Assembly (NCBI RefSeq): GCF_028369095.1
Contig: NZ_JAQNDN010000024.1
Coordinates: 153,350 to 217,349 of the forward strand
Reading direction: 5' to 3'
DNA from: Nannocystis radixulma
GTDB taxonomy: Bacteria > Myxococcota_A > Polyangia > Nannocystales > Nannocystaceae
DNA: 64,000 nucleotides
A model generated the notes under the pieces. It made no database searches. It was not told the origin of the DNA and saw only the letters and a list, made by a program, of their open reading frames with translations. A program made the translations under genes and the position numbers. The first letter of the stretch is position 1; the number at the start of each line of letters is the position of its first letter. Shown piece after piece: positions 63,500-64,000 of the stretch.

Positions 63500-64000
63500 T
63501 GGCCACCGACCGCGCGACGCTCGTGCAGGACGGACCGCCGCGCCTCGACGAGGCAGACGGGCCCCGGCTCGTCGTCGAGGTGCTGTGGGGCCCGGAGCAG
63601 GGCAGGAAGGCCGTGCTCGAGCCGGGCGGGGTGATCACGGTCGGCTCGGGCGAGCGCGCCGGGCTGCGCCTCGCCCACGACGAGGCGCTGGCGCCGATCC
63701 ACTTCTCGCTGGTGTGGGACGGCGAGGTAGCGACGCTGCGCGCGGCCGTGACCGATCCGACATGTCTCGACGGACAGCCGGTGCGCGAGGGCCGGAGCGG
63801 CCACGGCGGGTGGATCCGGGCCGGCGCGTCCGACCTGGCGCTGGCGATCGAGCGCCACACGGCGCCCGAGACGCCGCCGACGCCCGAGACCGTGGCCGCG
63901 GCGGCGCCGGCGATCGCGGCGCTGCGCGGGCAGCCGGGCCGGTTGTTCGCCGTCGTCGACGCCTCGCGCGACGAGCGGGTGGGCGTGCTCCTGCGCGAGT
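63496..64000 (+). CDS. FHA-domain protein (T6SS Fha/TagH-like candidate), 5' part; continues beyond the window
   Basis: ATGA overlap with the previous stop. FHA core (ITVGSGERAGLRLAHDEALAPIHFSLVWDGEVATLRA...DGQPV). The frame is open to the window end. Confidence 0.6.
   Translation, partial: MMATDRATLVQDGPPRLDEADGPRLVVEVLWGPEQGRKAVLEPGGVITVGSGERAGLRLAHDEALAPIHFSLVWDGEVATLRAAVTDPTCLDGQPVREGRSGHGGWIRAGASDLALAIERHTAPETPPTPETVAAAAPAIAALRGQPGRLFAVVDASRDERVGVLLRE

Overview
This is a roughly 70% GC bacterial chromosomal segment. The gene content is typical of Myxococcota: many lipoproteins, Ser/Thr kinases, sigma factors and a type VI secretion (T6SS) locus. About 55 protein-coding genes and one tRNA are supported. 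Many long antisense ORFs are artefacts of the high GC content.

Main content in order:
- 1-566: C-terminal end of an MBL-fold alkyl sulfatase.
- 610-2989: two tandem lysylphosphatidylglycerol-synthase-like (UPF0104) membrane proteins.
- 3085-5255: a ferredoxin, a roadblock/LC7-like protein and a lipoprotein.
- 5400-9555: lipoprotein, TonB-dependent receptor and PepSY membrane protein.
- 9571-11539: a translationally coupled spermidine-synthase-like gene and an ATP-grasp ligase.
- 11650-13391: two paralogous Cys-rich secreted lipoproteins, followed at 13646-14893 by a class V aminotransferase.
- 15038-17874: an outer-membrane beta-barrel protein, an ArsC-family protein and an OmpA/TSP3 outer-membrane protein.
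- 17954-20845: a single ORF fusing an acyl carrier protein, a fatty-acyl-AMP ligase and a glycerol-3-phosphate acyltransferase domain (resembling the myxobacterial ether-lipid enzyme ElbD as recalled from the literature).
- 21271-29518: a pirin, a V4R/PAS sensor histidine kinase and two Ser/Thr kinases, one with a roughly 1000-aa low-complexity tail.
- 29966-30042: tRNA-Met(CAT) with an intrinsic terminator just downstream.
- 30312-36253: a beta-oxidation/butyryl-CoA operon (thiolase, 3-hydroxybutyryl-CoA dehydrogenase, crotonase, two acyl-CoA dehydrogenases).
- 36896-39339: the RumA-type rRNA methyltransferase and DNA polymerase III delta.
- 40867-42502: a PilZ protein, a sigma-70 family factor and a lipoprotein.
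- 42528-46967: an atypically long Hsp70, a J-like protein lacking the HPD motif, and a polytopic membrane protein.
- 47096-57245: a DUF429 protein, a GNAT acetyltransferase, a third Ser/Thr kinase and several lipoproteins (TPR, tandem-repeat, vWA).
- 57385-64000: a T6SS island of vgrG, PAAR, a roughly 470-aa effector and a roughly 300-aa immunity protein joined by overlapping stop/start codons, followed by an FHA-domain gene at the window edge.

The most unusual sequence-level signal is a dispersed family of short tandem arrays sitting in almost every inter-operon gap (more than 20 loci). Each array has 2-6 units with an exact 14-bp period. Each unit has a 10-bp near-palindrome core around CATG (consensus about GGRCATGYCC) plus a 4-nt spacer. 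Adjacent units are mutually complementary, so they can fold into tetraloop-like hairpins. Several arrays supply SD-like GGAG plus the start ATG of the downstream gene.
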